A stretch of DNA of 64,000 bases from Bacteroidota bacterium (GCA_029907355.1 JARYLZ010000007.1:6275-70274); one strand, 5' to 3'; shown: positions 18,278 through 28,581, counted from the first letter of the stretch. Notes: a model not told the origin generated them from the sequence alone. Program-made: numbers and translations.

Positions 18278-20521
18278 TCAGATTTCGAAAAAGATCTTGT
18301 AGCATAACCGCAGGTTCCGACCGGCTTCCGGCATGATCGAGCGCACCCGCGAAAGGTGATTGCGGTACTCGGCATTCAGGAAGTTGTCGATGGTGATCGA
18401 AACAGCGTGCACGTGCTTGCCGGTGATGAAGGAATACTGCGCGGAACCGTTCAGCACGACGTATCCTGCCGTAGGATTCTCGAATTCGTCGACGCGGCAT
18501 TGCCGCGCGGCCCACTCGGCGGACACCGATAACATCAAGCGACCGAACGAACCCGCCAACTCGCACCGTCCCTTGAAGGGGGGTATGGCAGGCAGGGGTT
18601 TTCCCGTCGCGATGTTCCTGCCGACGGTATGACTCGCCGAGGCGTGGACGGCAATCGCGCGCGTGAAGTTCCACTTCAACTCTGTTTCCATACCCGCGAA
18701 CTGCGCGTCCACGGCATCGGTCCGGTAGATCGGGAGAATCAGCCGCCAATTGAGCCGGCCGGTGTTCCGCGGAACGAGATAAGCTCCCAACCGGTTATAG
18801 AAGCCGTTGAGCAGAACGTACAGGGAGGGTGAGGAATAGTGGATGAATGCTTCACCCCCGTAACCGCTTTCAGCGGGCAGATCCGGATTGCCCACTTCAT
18901 ACGAATAAGCGGCCAGGTGCGGACCTTCGGAGTAGAGTTCCTCGATGGTCGGGACCCGGCTTGACCTGCTGATGTTGGCACCGATCGTCAGAGCTGGAGA
19001 AAGGGCATGGAGGACGGAAAAGGACAGAGCCCACGTGTGGAATTCCCGCCGACGGATGAATCCGATGTTGGCGGAGGGGTCTTCCTCGGCGGGCGCGATC
19101 CGGTCGCAGCCGTATCGGCCGCCCGCTTCGAAGCTGAAATCGCCGCAGGAGAATTCCTCGTAAGCGAAAACGGCAAGGGCGAGGGAACGCGAGGAAGGGG
19201 TGAAGACATTGCCGCCGACTTCGAAGTCACGGCTCTCGAGAGACATTCCCAGCGTCCCCCGGGCGACATGCGGCGGACGCACGTGATGGAGGAACAGCGA
19301 ACCCGAAATGTCCGAGATCCTGAAATCCGTGCCGATCGAACCGTTCGATTCGTATTCCCGGTGACGGTAGAGCGAACGGCTCACCTGTGCCTCGATCGAC
19401 GGCACTGGTCCTGCCATGTTCTCGACCTGCGCCTTCCCATGGATAGCGCTTCGCTCGATGTCGATATGCACACCATTCGGATGCGCGCCGACGAAACCGC
19501 CGGGAACACCGTAGGAGAGCGCGAAATCGCGTACCGACGCACCGATGTACCCTGCGGGCATGATCCAGCTTCCCCCGAGCGCAAAGGTCCGATTGTCGGA
19601 TGCAGAGTTCTTCAGTGTCCCTGCCGGTGTCTCCAGGTCGCTGGCCACCCGGCGGCTGAACTCCCCCCGGAACATCGCCTTCCCCAGCGGCGCCTCTGCG
19701 ACGAGCGAACCGAGATTCCCCCGATTGACCGTCTCGAGGTAAGCCCCCAGCGATCCCGTGACATGCTCGCTCAACTTCCTGGGAATCTCGTCCCTGATGA
19801 CATCGATGACACCGCCGATCGTCGTCGAACCGTACAACAGCACTCGTGGCCCGCGGATGACTTCGATGCGCTCGAGCGAAAAGGGTTCGATGGTCACCGC
19901 GTGATCCGGCGACGTTGCGGAAAGGTCGGTCGTCTTGTACCCGTCCTCGCTGATATGCACCCGATCCCCGCCGAGACCCCGGATCACCGGACGCGCAGGC
20001 GCGGGTCCCATCGAGCGGACGGCGAGTCCCGTCTCGTTCTTCAGCGTCGATGCGAGCGTCAATCCGAGTTCCTTCTCGAGTTCCCTGCCTCTCAGGACCG
20101 TCGACTCCTCCGCGATCGGTTCGAATGCGGTGCGCGTGCGTTCTGCGGTGACGACGACGACACCCGTCTCGTAGATTTTCCGTTCGAGAAAAATGAAAAA
20201 TCGCCGCTCCGCCGATTCGTCCAGCAAAACACGTACCGTGCTCTCCGCATAAGAGGGATGGCTGACCCGGATGGAATAACGGCCCGACGACATGTCCCGG
20301 ATGGTGAAGGAACCGTCGCTCGCGGTCGTGCAGTTGCGCTGTGCCTCTTCGATGCGGACGGTCGCGTTCGCGACCGGTTGGTGGGTCTCGCTGTCCAGGA
20401 CGTAGCCGGTGAACGAGCCTTGGACGATCTGGGCAAAGGCAGCGGCAGTTCCGAGAACGAGGGAAATACCCATCGCCATCACGGGGAGGCGTCCCCTACC
20501 GATGCGGAACGACATGGTCAA
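18278..20521 (-). CDS. TonB-dependent outer-membrane receptor with an N-terminal carboxypeptidase-regulatory-like domain
   Basis: 747 aa with a signal peptide. The CarbopepD_reg-like block (VANATVRIEE...SDGSFTIRDMSSGRYSIRVSHPSYAE) is followed by a plug (ETGLAVRSMG..., IEVIRGP) and a long beta-barrel ending in an aromatic-rich C-terminus (YKIFFEI). Confidence 0.85.
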   Translation of the reverse strand: MTMSFRIGRGRLPVMAMGISLVLGTAAAFAQIVQGSFTGYVLDSETHQPVANATVRIEEAQRNCTTASDGSFTIRDMSSGRYSIRVSHPSYAESTVRVLLDESAERRFFIFLERKIYETGVVVVTAERTRTAFEPIAEESTVLRGRELEKELGLTLASTLKNETGLAVRSMGPAPARPVIRGLGGDRVHISEDGYKTTDLSATSPDHAVTIEPFSLERIEVIRGPRVLLYGSTTIGGVIDVIRDEIPRKLSEHVTGSLGAYLETVNRGNLGSLVAEAPLGKAMFRGEFSRRVASDLETPAGTLKNSASDNRTFALGGSWIMPAGYIGASVRDFALSYGVPGGFVGAHPNGVHIDIERSAIHGKAQVENMAGPVPSIEAQVSRSLYRHREYESNGSIGTDFRISDISGSLFLHHVRPPHVARGTLGMSLESRDFEVGGNVFTPSSRSLALAVFAYEEFSCGDFSFEAGGRYGCDRIAPAEEDPSANIGFIRRREFHTWALSFSVLHALSPALTIGANISRSSRVPTIEELYSEGPHLAAYSYEVGNPDLPAESGYGGEAFIHYSSPSLYVLLNGFYNRLGAYLVPRNTGRLNWRLILPIYRTDAVDAQFAGMETELKWNFTRAIAVHASASHTVGRNIATGKPLPAIPPFKGRCELAGSFGRLMLSVSAEWAARQCRVDEFENPTAGYVVLNGSAQYSFITGKHVHAVSITIDNFLNAEYRNHLSRVRSIMPEAGRNLRLCYKIFFEI

Positions 20522-21492
20522 CAGTCCGGTGACGGCATCGGGATGAACGGGACAAGACGGTTACGCTCGGCGACACAGCCGTACGGAATCGCGAACCGGA
20601 TGGCCGTTCTGCCGGGCATTCTCCCGGTCCATGGGAACATCGAGGCGTCGGTGAGGTCGAGACCGGTGTGGACATCCAAGATCCCAGGAACTCCACGCGT
20701 CACATGCAGGTTATGCCATGGCACGGATGGAGTAGTGTGTTCGTCGCCTACAGCTGCACAAACGGTTCCTGAACGGCTTATCGACCACTTGGGAATACCC
20801 GAAATGAGCGGTGACGCCGAATGGATGGCAGGAACAATTCCCCTACATTCCGTCGCAGCGGGATGCGAGAAACGGATCGCGGGATCGTCCAACGACGTCT
20901 GCGCTGAACCGTCCCCTGCCCAATCGGGGAGTCGTCGCGCAGGCCGCTCGCCGACGGTCAGGACGATCGGGAGCGTGGTAAAGTCGGCGTGGTCGATATG
21001 GAACACCTTGATGCGCATGCGAGTCCTGCCCCCCGCCGATACGCCTTGCAGGTGAAAATGGTAAACCCCGGAGCGGAAACGATACTGCATCCAGCCGTCG
21101 ACGAGCCTCGGGGTGTCTCGTAGATTCGCATGCGGATCGATCACCACGGCGATGGCGACATCTTCGATCTCGACGACGAGGAATTTCTCGTTCTCGTCCG
21201 GTCCGGGAACGATGCTGCGGTCTTCGTTATAGAACTGCACCTCCCAATGGCCGTTGTCGCCCACGGATATCGGGATGGGTCCCAGATCGTTCGTGGACGT
21301 TAAATCCGGGCCGAAATATTCGAACAGCTTGACGCCGCTTGACGAAAGGCGGATGCCCACCGCCTCGAAGTGATCGTGATGGGGTGCGAGGGGATTGTCG
21401 TTCTTACCGCAACCGCCCGCGGTGAGCGCAAAGACGGCGGAAACGATGAGGATTGTGAGCCGGGAACGGGCTGAAGAGCGATGGATAATCAT
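20518..21492 (-). CDS. Hypothetical lipoprotein co-transcribed with the TonB-dependent receptor
   Basis: Signal and lipobox (VFALTAGGCG). It overlaps the receptor start by 4 nt (ATGA). I recognise no family. Confidence 0.5.
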   Translation of the reverse strand: MIIHRSSARSRLTILIVSAVFALTAGGCGKNDNPLAPHHDHFEAVGIRLSSSGVKLFEYFGPDLTSTNDLGPIPISVGDNGHWEVQFYNEDRSIVPGPDENEKFLVVEIEDVAIAVVIDPHANLRDTPRLVDGWMQYRFRSGVYHFHLQGVSAGGRTRMRIKVFHIDHADFTTLPIVLTVGERPARRLPDWAGDGSAQTSLDDPAIRFSHPAATECRGIVPAIHSASPLISGIPKWSISRSGTVCAAVGDEHTTPSVPWHNLHVTRGVPGILDVHTGLDLTDASMFPWTGRMPGRTAIRFAIPYGCVAERNRLVPFIPMPSPDC

Positions 21493-21660
21493 GCATCCTC
21501 CGAATTTCGTGATCTGTGGACCCTCTCATGGTGAGAGACCGTCCCATGTGGAACCGGAAGGGAAAAACCGCGCTGCCACAGCAGGCTACAGGGCACGTCA
21601 CGTTGTCAGTGGCCTTTCGGCCGCCGTCGAATGAACGCCGCGGAGAGGTAGTGGGCCAGA

Positions 21661-22047
21661 TCAGCAGGAGGAAGGCGGTCCCCGGAGATACGGGGTCGGA
21701 TGCGCAAGCACATATTCGCCGCGCAGGATATCGCCGGCGGGGCGATCGAATGTCTGAACTTGCGCATCGAGGTGGAAAGCCGAGACGGCTGCATGCCCGA
21801 GGCCCTGCACAGCCGAGCAGATGAAGCAGTGTTCGTGCGAGCCGGGCTTCTGCCCGCTCTCGGTCTTATCGCATCGGGAGTAATCGACGCAGGGGAATCT
21901 TTCAGCGACCGGGTGGACGTGCAGCATGGAGACGACAAGCATCGCGGAGATGCCGGTCAGAACGCACCATGCCCCCCACCTGAAGGGCTTCCTAAAACCG
22001 GAGTATGACGAACGGAGTCGGAACACTTCGAGTCGGATTTTCGGCAA
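21661..22047 (-). CDS. Small Cys/His-rich membrane protein (possible metal-handling accessory of the receptor operon)
   Basis: 128 aa with one TM helix (WGAWCVLTGISAMLVVSMLHV) and clustered C/H residues (FPCVDYSRCD...HEHCFICSAVQGLGH). Heavy antisense overlap makes this call weak. Confidence 0.3.
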   Translation of the reverse strand: MPKIRLEVFRLRSSYSGFRKPFRWGAWCVLTGISAMLVVSMLHVHPVAERFPCVDYSRCDKTESGQKPGSHEHCFICSAVQGLGHAAVSAFHLDAQVQTFDRPAGDILRGEYVLAHPTPYLRGPPSSC

Positions 22048-23348
22048 CGAATATGCACGCCATCACCGTACTGCGCAAGGTAGAGGGCGAGATCCCCGTG
22101 CGCATGAGGTATGGGTCTCTCTCCGTACGATGGCCAGCGTGGCAAGGGAAAGGCTTCACACCTCATGAAACGGGGTGCGGTTGATACCATTCCAGCGATC
22201 CGTCACATGCCGCACGATGCGCCAAAGCCGTGATCCGAATACGAAAAAGACTCCCGATGACAGGAGCCTCTCACGCCGGTGTATCCCTTGCAAAGAGGAT
22301 GAGCGCCCAGGCATGAGAAGGCGCTCCGGGGAAGTTCCCGTTGTGCCGGCCGGGCGAACGTAATCTCCCGATCCCGAGTCGAACGACCTGGCCGTCTCTC
22401 GTTCCACTCCATCAAACCCGCCACGAGGATCACCGTGATTCAGATGGGTTTCATGCGGAACAACACAAATCCGCTCTTCGAGCCTCCATGGTCGACCGAA
22501 TCCGGATGACCGGCAGGTACGCGGACCCTGCGCTCCAATACCGACGCCCATCGCGCTATGACGAGAACACCGACAGCATTTGAATCCTTCACGCTTGCCG
22601 TCTCATTCGAAGCACAACCATATGCGTAAACGCCTGCCTCTTCTGGCGTATACCCCGGGTCATGGACGATAAGGCACCTCGCTCGAAGAAGAGATGACGA
22701 TGGACCACGCCGCTTCTGAAACATGCGGAACGTTTCCTCAGCACGTGCCGAACGGATCGATCCTCGGTCATCATACCGGATTCGGTAAGGGATGAGGGTT
22801 GGGCCGGCGGGAGAAGGACCGTTACGCCGGGACCGACGCCGGATGGAGCCGAGCTCGATGCATGGTCACATCCGACATCGAAAAAGACCATGCGATGCCT
22901 CCGGCAACGAGGATAACCTAAGACGGTGGTGTGCTCGAGACGACGACGGACATTCCCCCAACTCTCGTTCCTCTCCACAGCCCGCAGAATGTTGGTCTAC
23001 AAGCACTCCCGAATCGGCACGCTTTTACAGGTCGCCCCTCCCTCACGCGAAGCATCCACGCACTGCGCGGTCCAATTTCTTTTTTCGAGTTCGAGCAGAG
23101 GCTGCGTCGTTGCCTAATGTTCATGGGAATAGACATCTTTTGTCACGGAAAGAATTCAGCGGATGCGATCCCGTCAGGCCTCCGGCGCTTCGGCTGCTGC
23201 CGATGTCATTTTTCCCCTCTCCATTCGACGTGTTCCAAGGCATCATCCCCCTCACGGTTGGAATGGAACTTCATCGACATTATGTTGGTACGATTTTCGC
23301 CTTTGTTTAAACGAAAGCATTTTCGACTGTACAAATTCCCACGTTCCC

Positions 23349-24143
23349 ATGAACCGGTCTTCGGAACCGCCCACATCACGCAAGCCGCCGCGACTGTTCC
23401 TCCGGTATGGTGCCTTCCTCTTCGTTCTTTCTCTTTTTTTAACCATTTCGGTTATCGCCCAGACCTCAACGCGAAGGACGACGGCGACGAACGATTCCGT
23501 CGTCATCGTCGTCATGGGATCATCGACGGCGAAGGGGGGAGGGGTGTCGCGACCGGACAGTGCATGGGTGAAACGGTATGAACGCGCTCTCCGTTACTGG
23601 TACCCGGCGTTACGGGTCGTGACCCTCGCACAATGGGCATACACGACCTACCATTTCCTTCCCCTGGCGGATTCGATTCCGCCTGACCGTCCCACCCCCG
23701 ATAGCGCCCTCTCCGTCGACGTTGCCGTTTCACCCGCCATCCATGCAGATGCCATCATCGTCAATCTCCCGACCAACGATGTCGCCTCGGGTTTCGACAG
23801 TCTCGAAATCCGGAGAAATTTCGAGCGCATCGCGGAGAGGGCGGGCGAAATCCCTCTGTGGGTTTGTACGCCGCAGCCGCGGAATCTCCCCGATTCGCTC
23901 CGTGTCCGGCTCATCGAACTGAAAGGGTGGATCGAACAGCGTTTCTCGCCGCGCGTCATCGATTTCTGGAGCGGTCTCGCCGCGGAAGACGGATCGTTGC
24001 TCCCGCAGTACGACTCGGGCGATGGCACGCACCTCAACGACGCAGGGCACCGCATTCTCTTCGAGCGCGTCTACACGGCCGCCATACCCGCCTCCATCAT
24101 CGAGCGGAGGAAACGCACAGCCGCCGGGGAAGTTTCCCCCTGA
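23349..24143 (+). CDS. SGNH/GDSL-family hydrolase (secreted)
   Basis: Start at MNRSSEPP. It has a signal/TM segment and the block-I GSST nucleophile (VVMGSSTAKG) together with the C-terminal DGTHLND block of SGNH hydrolases. Confidence 0.7.
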   Translation: MNRSSEPPTSRKPPRLFLRYGAFLFVLSLFLTISVIAQTSTRRTTATNDSVVIVVMGSSTAKGGGVSRPDSAWVKRYERALRYWYPALRVVTLAQWAYTTYHFLPLADSIPPDRPTPDSALSVDVAVSPAIHADAIIVNLPTNDVASGFDSLEIRRNFERIAERAGEIPLWVCTPQPRNLPDSLRVRLIELKGWIEQRFSPRVIDFWSGLAAEDGSLLPQYDSGDGTHLNDAGHRILFERVYTAAIPASIIERRKRTAAGEVSP

Positions 24144-24184
24144 GTGCATGACAGCCGCTCCGTGCGGTACGCGGAAGGGCCTCC

Positions 24185-24742
24185 ATGGATTTCCTCACGA
24201 TTCTCCTCACCGCCTTCGCTCTCGCGATGGACGCTTTCGCCGTCGCACTCTCGGCAGGCGCCGTGCTCGTCCGCGCTTCGGCGAGACAGACGTTCCGCCT
24301 GTCCTTCCACTTCGGGTTCTTCCAGTTCTTCATGCCCATCGTCGGCTGGGCTGCAGGAAAAGAAGCCGTGCAGTTCATCTCGAGCTACGACCACTGGGTG
24401 GCCTTCGCGATGCTCGCAGTCGTCGGGGGGAAGATGGTCTACGAATCCTTCGAGCGCGAACGGCCCAAAGCGAAAGGCGACATGACGCGGGGGACATCCC
24501 TGCTGATACTGTCCCTCGCGACGAGCATCGACTCGCTGGCGGTCGGTTTGAGCTTCGGCCTCCTCCGCATCCCCATCATCCTGCCGAGCATGCTCATCGG
24601 CATCGTCACCGCCGGTATGACCTTCGCCGGCATGCGTCTCGGCGAGCGTTTTTCCCGCATTCTCGGGAAGCGGGTCGAACTTGCGGGGGGCATCATCCTG
24701 ATCGGAATCGGCGTGCGCATCCTCCTCGAACACCTCTCCTGA
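24185..24742 (+). CDS. mntP: Manganese efflux pump MntP
   Basis: 185 aa with 6 TM helices and the duplicated N-terminal signature MDAFAV...SAG characteristic of MntP/YebN. Confidence 0.85.
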   Translation: MDFLTILLTAFALAMDAFAVALSAGAVLVRASARQTFRLSFHFGFFQFFMPIVGWAAGKEAVQFISSYDHWVAFAMLAVVGGKMVYESFERERPKAKGDMTRGTSLLILSLATSIDSLAVGLSFGLLRIPIILPSMLIGIVTAGMTFAGMRLGERFSRILGKRVELAGGIILIGIGVRILLEHLS

Positions 24743-24787
24743 AGGCCGCCGCAGGATTCAGCCGCTCGGTGTCAAGGACCGGTTCCC

Positions 24788-26557
24788 TCAATTCCTCGAG
24801 AGCCAGTGCAGGGGATTCTGCTTGTTGCGCTGTCTCCATATCTCGAAATGCACACAAGGGCCCGAGAGCGCTTCGCCGCTGCGCGCAATCGTCTGCCCGG
24901 CCTTGATGCGCTCCCCCTGGCGGACGAGGATCGAAGAGAGCTGGGCGTAAACCGTCCGGAACCCTTCGCCGTGGTCGAGGATGACGAGATTCCCGTAACC
25001 GGGGATGAAGAAGACGGTCGAGACGACGCCGTCCGCGACGGCCCGGACGGACGCGTTCGCTTCCGACCCGATGTCGATCCCGTTGCTGATCGTCACCGTC
25101 CCGTGTTTGGGGTTGACCTGCTCGCCGAAGCCGCCGATGAGTCTTCCGCCTGCCACGGGCCAGGGGAGACGTCCTCTCAAGCGCCCGAACACCGTCTCGG
25201 CCAGGGTACGTTCAGAGAGCGGGGAAGTCTCGACGGTTCTATTGCGCGGGACATTCCCTTTTGCAGGTTTCGCGGCGCTTGAAACCCTGCGGAGCCTTTC
25301 CCGCTCGATGAGATCCGCGATGAGGCGTTCGATTTGCGCCGCTGCGGCCTGTTTCCTCCTCAACTCCGCCTGGTACGCCTCTTTCTCTTTGCGCAGTCTC
25401 TCGAGGACAACCTGCTGTTCCACCTGTTTTTTCTGAAGGATCGATTCTTGTTCATGCTTCTCCGCGACGGTCCGGCTCTGTTCCGCCAGCCTCTGCTCGA
25501 GCACCGCTTTCTGCCTGCTGACGGCCTCCTGCCGAAGGCGGATTTCCGCCGCTTCTTTCCGCTGGCGCTCACCGAAGGCACGCAGATACCGCGAACGGAT
25601 GAACATCTGGTTCAGCGACGTGGAACTGAGCAGGAGTTCCGTATCGTGCAAGCGGCCGCGCTTGTAGGCGGTCACGATGGACCTGGCATAACGCTCCTTT
25701 ACACGCTCAAGGCGCTGCTGCTCGCTTTCCAGCATTGCGCGGGCTTCGTCGATGCCGCGCCGGTTCTCTTCGATGCGCGCGTGGAGATCGCCGATCACTC
25801 TCCGGATCAGCGCCGTCTGGCGTTCGTAGAGGTCGAGTCTCTCGAGGGTGTTCTTTTCGTTCTTTTTCGTTTCCGCAAGACGTTTTTCGTACTCACGGAT
25901 CTCTTTTTTCACAGTCTCGAGTTCGTTCTGTTTCAAGCGGAGTGATGCGCTTGCAGGCGATGGCGTGTGTTTCGCCTGCCGCCTCCCCCCCTGAGCCGTC
26001 GGTGTCTTTTCCCTCGAAGCAGCTCTCCCCGCATCCCTGGAAACACTCGCGGTCGCGGGGCTCCTTTTCGATCTCGCCTGCCTGCTCGCGAGGGTCGTTT
26101 GTCGCCGCCTGCCAGAAGGAGGCGTCGATGAGGTGGCGCGTGCGGTTTTCGCTTTCCCTTGTTTCGATGAAACCTGTGGTCTGTCGGGGGGTGATGATTT
26201 GCTTGGTGTTCCACTCCGCCGGGACGCGCCGGCTACCGTCCCGCTCCGTGACGGTCTTGCGCTCGAGTGCTCCGGAACCGCATTTGCAGGAGAGGTTTTC
26301 TTGTTTACCGTTCTACCCGAGGCGACCGTACCCCTTACAGTTTTCTTCGTGGACCTGTCGGCATTCCCGCGGGCATGCGAGACGGATTTCGCGGGGTTTT
26401 TACCGGCAACGTTCGCAGACTTCGCGGAACTTGTGGTTTTGCGCGGCGAAACGGTGCCGGCACCCGGTTTTTTCTGCGCGAATGAGAATTCCGCCGTCAC
26501 CGCGCTAACACCGAACAGAAACACCCCGAGAACCGCTATGGCGGCGAAACCTTTCAT
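24788..26557 (-). CDS. EnvC-like murein hydrolase activator: coiled-coil plus C-terminal M23 (LytM) peptidase domain
   Basis: Signal peptide, a long low-complexity Ser/Arg/Lys linker, extensive coiled-coil (LERLDLYERQ...LRKEKEAYQAELRRKQ), and a C-terminal M23 fold (GIDIG, PGYGNLVILDHGEGFRTVYAQL, HFEIW). Confidence 0.8.
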   Translation of the reverse strand: MKGFAAIAVLGVFLFGVSAVTAEFSFAQKKPGAGTVSPRKTTSSAKSANVAGKNPAKSVSHARGNADRSTKKTVRGTVASGRTVNKKTSPANAVPEHSSARPSRSGTVAGASRRSGTPSKSSPPDRPQVSSKQGKAKTARATSSTPPSGRRRQTTLASRQARSKRSPATASVSRDAGRAASREKTPTAQGGRRQAKHTPSPASASLRLKQNELETVKKEIREYEKRLAETKKNEKNTLERLDLYERQTALIRRVIGDLHARIEENRRGIDEARAMLESEQQRLERVKERYARSIVTAYKRGRLHDTELLLSSTSLNQMFIRSRYLRAFGERQRKEAAEIRLRQEAVSRQKAVLEQRLAEQSRTVAEKHEQESILQKKQVEQQVVLERLRKEKEAYQAELRRKQAAAAQIERLIADLIERERLRRVSSAAKPAKGNVPRNRTVETSPLSERTLAETVFGRLRGRLPWPVAGGRLIGGFGEQVNPKHGTVTISNGIDIGSEANASVRAVADGVVSTVFFIPGYGNLVILDHGEGFRTVYAQLSSILVRQGERIKAGQTIARSGEALSGPCVHFEIWRQRNKQNPLHWLSRN

Positions 26558-26635
26558 CCTGTCGAGCTACCTGATATGCCAAGATGAAGTACGCGAATTC
26601 TTCGCGAAAAATCAATACATTGCATAGGTTTTTTA

Positions 26636-26651
26636 ATGTAAAATGTTACAT
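26636..26651. promoter_or_regulatory. Candidate operator: inverted repeat ATGTAA-N4-TTACAT upstream of the aro operon
   Basis: It lies in the AT-rich leader 26560-26748, about 100 nt upstream of the aroK-D-E start. The neighbouring TTCGCGAA palindrome and GAATTC sit at 26594-26612. A function in aromatic-pathway regulation is speculative. Confidence 0.25.
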
Positions 26652-26748
26652 CGCAATCGAAACCTCGAGGTTAAATCGAGGGAAATGTCTGTGTTCATTT
26701 CGCTTCTCATTTCGTAGGTTTGTCCATCGTTCTCACCTCGATGAACAG

Positions 26749-28581
26749 ATGCCCATGTCGTTTCCCTTCCTTCTCATCGGACATCGCGGTTCAGGAAAAT
26801 CCGTCCTCGGGGAGCTCCTAGCCGCGCGTCTCGGCGCACCCTTCACGGATGTGGATGCTGAAATCCAGCGCGTGACGGGAACATCGGCAGCGGAATGGGT
26901 GGAGACGGACGAACCTCGATTTCGGACGATGGAATCCGAAACCGTGCGCGAAACCGTGGCGCGAGGCGGGGTCCGCGTCATCGCCGCAGGGGCGGGACTG
27001 CGAGATATCCCCACCGGTGCATTCGTCCTCTTCATCGACCGCGACGGCTGGGAGGAGACGGCGCGGAGATCCCGCGTCCGCTTGCGCCCCGGCATGCCCT
27101 TCGAAGAGGAAGTCCGGTGGATGAAGGCGAACCGCGAACCGCTCTACGCCGCGGCTTCCCACGCGCGGGCGAGGATCCCTCTCGGCATGAGCGTCGAGGA
27201 CGCCGCGGAACTGGTCGGCCGAATCGCAGACCTCGCCCTGGCATCGGCCGGTAGCCCGGCCTTCCGTCGAACATGGCTCGTCGTTCCGTCGGCAGCGACA
27301 CTCGAGCGATGCGCCGGCGACGTCCGCTTGTTCGGTCTGGCAGGTCTCGAGATCCGCAGCGACCGCTTCTCCAAGGTTCCCGACACGGACGCCCCGATTC
27401 TCGCTTCGCTTCGGGACGCAAATGCGGGCTTCCTCGCCTCCGCCGGGCGGGCCGCGGCGATCGACTGCGACGTCGCGTCGGCCGCTGCGGCGGATCTTTC
27501 GCATCTCGAACCGCGGACACTGGTCGTCTCGTCGCACCCGAAGGATGTGGATCAGGAGTACTTCGACGCGATGGTCGCCGCGGGGCACGCGGTGACGGCA
27601 CGCTTCCCCGAATGGAAGGAACATCTCGTTTTCAAATTCGCCCCTCTCGTGAAGTCGTGGGTGGAACTCCGATTCGCGTACGAGTTGTGCCGCGTTTTCC
27701 GCAAACGGGGGGGGAAGGTCAGCTTTCTTCCGCAGGGCAGGCGGTGGGACTGGATGCGGGCATTCCTTTTGTGGAATGGGAACGATCTCAATTACGTTTC
27801 CCCCGGCACCGCTCAGGCGTCCTTCGCGCCTCCGCCGCTGGAATATTTCCTCCCTCACGCGGCCGGACCTGCCCCGAGGGCAGTCTGCGGTGTCATCGGC
27901 GACCCCGTCGATGGGAGCGCGGGGGATATCGTACACAGGCATTGGAGCATCCGTGAGGACGGCGGCGCCTGTGCGTACGTGAAGATCCCCGTGCCGGCCG
28001 ACGAGCTGGAACACGCGCTGTACTTCCTGATGAAACTGGGTTTCCACGGCCTCTCCGTCACATCCCCCTACAAGGCGGCTGTTATCCACTCGAATTTCGT
28101 CACGAGCCCTGAAGGCCTCCCGTCCGGGAACACCCTCACCTTCCGCGATGGGGGGTGGTCGTTGAGCGACACGGACCGTCTCGGCATGGAGGCTGCACTC
28201 GAGGAGTTCGAGCGCCGCGGCGTTTCGCCCGGCCCTACGGCCGTCTTCGGGTGCGGCGGTGTCGCTCCCGCCGTCGTCGACGCCTTGGAGCGCCGCGGGT
28301 GGGTTCCCGTTCGGCAGACGAGCGCGCGCGAAGGCTGGGGGGACCTCCGCGGCATGACTTTCACACTGATCGTCAACGCCGGCAGGGAGAGTACACATGT
28401 GTACGACAGGCCCCCCTCCGCGCATGCCTGGCTCGATCTCGCGTACCACGGCATCGAGCGCATCCCGGAAGGGATCGAACACTACCAGAACGGGTGGCGT
28501 TTCTTCCTTGCCCAGGCATACGCACAGAGGAAGGTGTGGGGGTTCGACACACGAGAAACGGACGAAGAATGCAAGACGTGA
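26749..28581 (+). CDS. Trifunctional shikimate kinase / 3-dehydroquinate dehydratase (type I-like) / shikimate dehydrogenase fusion (AroK-AroD-AroE)
   Basis: Start at MPMSFPF; the track ORF starts 55 codons upstream. The N-terminal P-loop LLIGHRGSGKSVLGELLAARLG is a shikimate-kinase-like domain. The middle block resembles a type I dehydroquinase. The C-terminal region carries SDH motifs: GVIGDPVDGS..., GLSVTSPYKAAV, NTLTFRDGGWSLSDTD and the Rossmann GCGGVAPAVV. Confidence 0.75.
   Translation: MPMSFPFLLIGHRGSGKSVLGELLAARLGAPFTDVDAEIQRVTGTSAAEWVETDEPRFRTMESETVRETVARGGVRVIAAGAGLRDIPTGAFVLFIDRDGWEETARRSRVRLRPGMPFEEEVRWMKANREPLYAAASHARARIPLGMSVEDAAELVGRIADLALASAGSPAFRRTWLVVPSAATLERCAGDVRLFGLAGLEIRSDRFSKVPDTDAPILASLRDANAGFLASAGRAAAIDCDVASAAAADLSHLEPRTLVVSSHPKDVDQEYFDAMVAAGHAVTARFPEWKEHLVFKFAPLVKSWVELRFAYELCRVFRKRGGKVSFLPQGRRWDWMRAFLLWNGNDLNYVSPGTAQASFAPPPLEYFLPHAAGPAPRAVCGVIGDPVDGSAGDIVHRHWSIREDGGACAYVKIPVPADELEHALYFLMKLGFHGLSVTSPYKAAVIHSNFVTSPEGLPSGNTLTFRDGGWSLSDTDRLGMEAALEEFERRGVSPGPTAVFGCGGVAPAVVDALERRGWVPVRQTSAREGWGDLRGMTFTLIVNAGRESTHVYDRPPSAHAWLDLAYHGIERIPEGIEHYQNGWRFFLAQAYAQRKVWGFDTRETDEECKT

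Noticed and set aside
19007-21055. 682-aa plus-strand ORF
   Set aside because: It is antisense to the TonB-dependent receptor and lipoprotein genes, with no recognisable features.
22081-22300. Possible cobalamin riboswitch in the leader of the TonB-receptor operon (minus strand)
   Set aside because: I found only a weak B12-box-like GCCACGCTGG. The other conserved riboswitch elements were not recognisable by eye. An Infernal scan is needed before it can be called.
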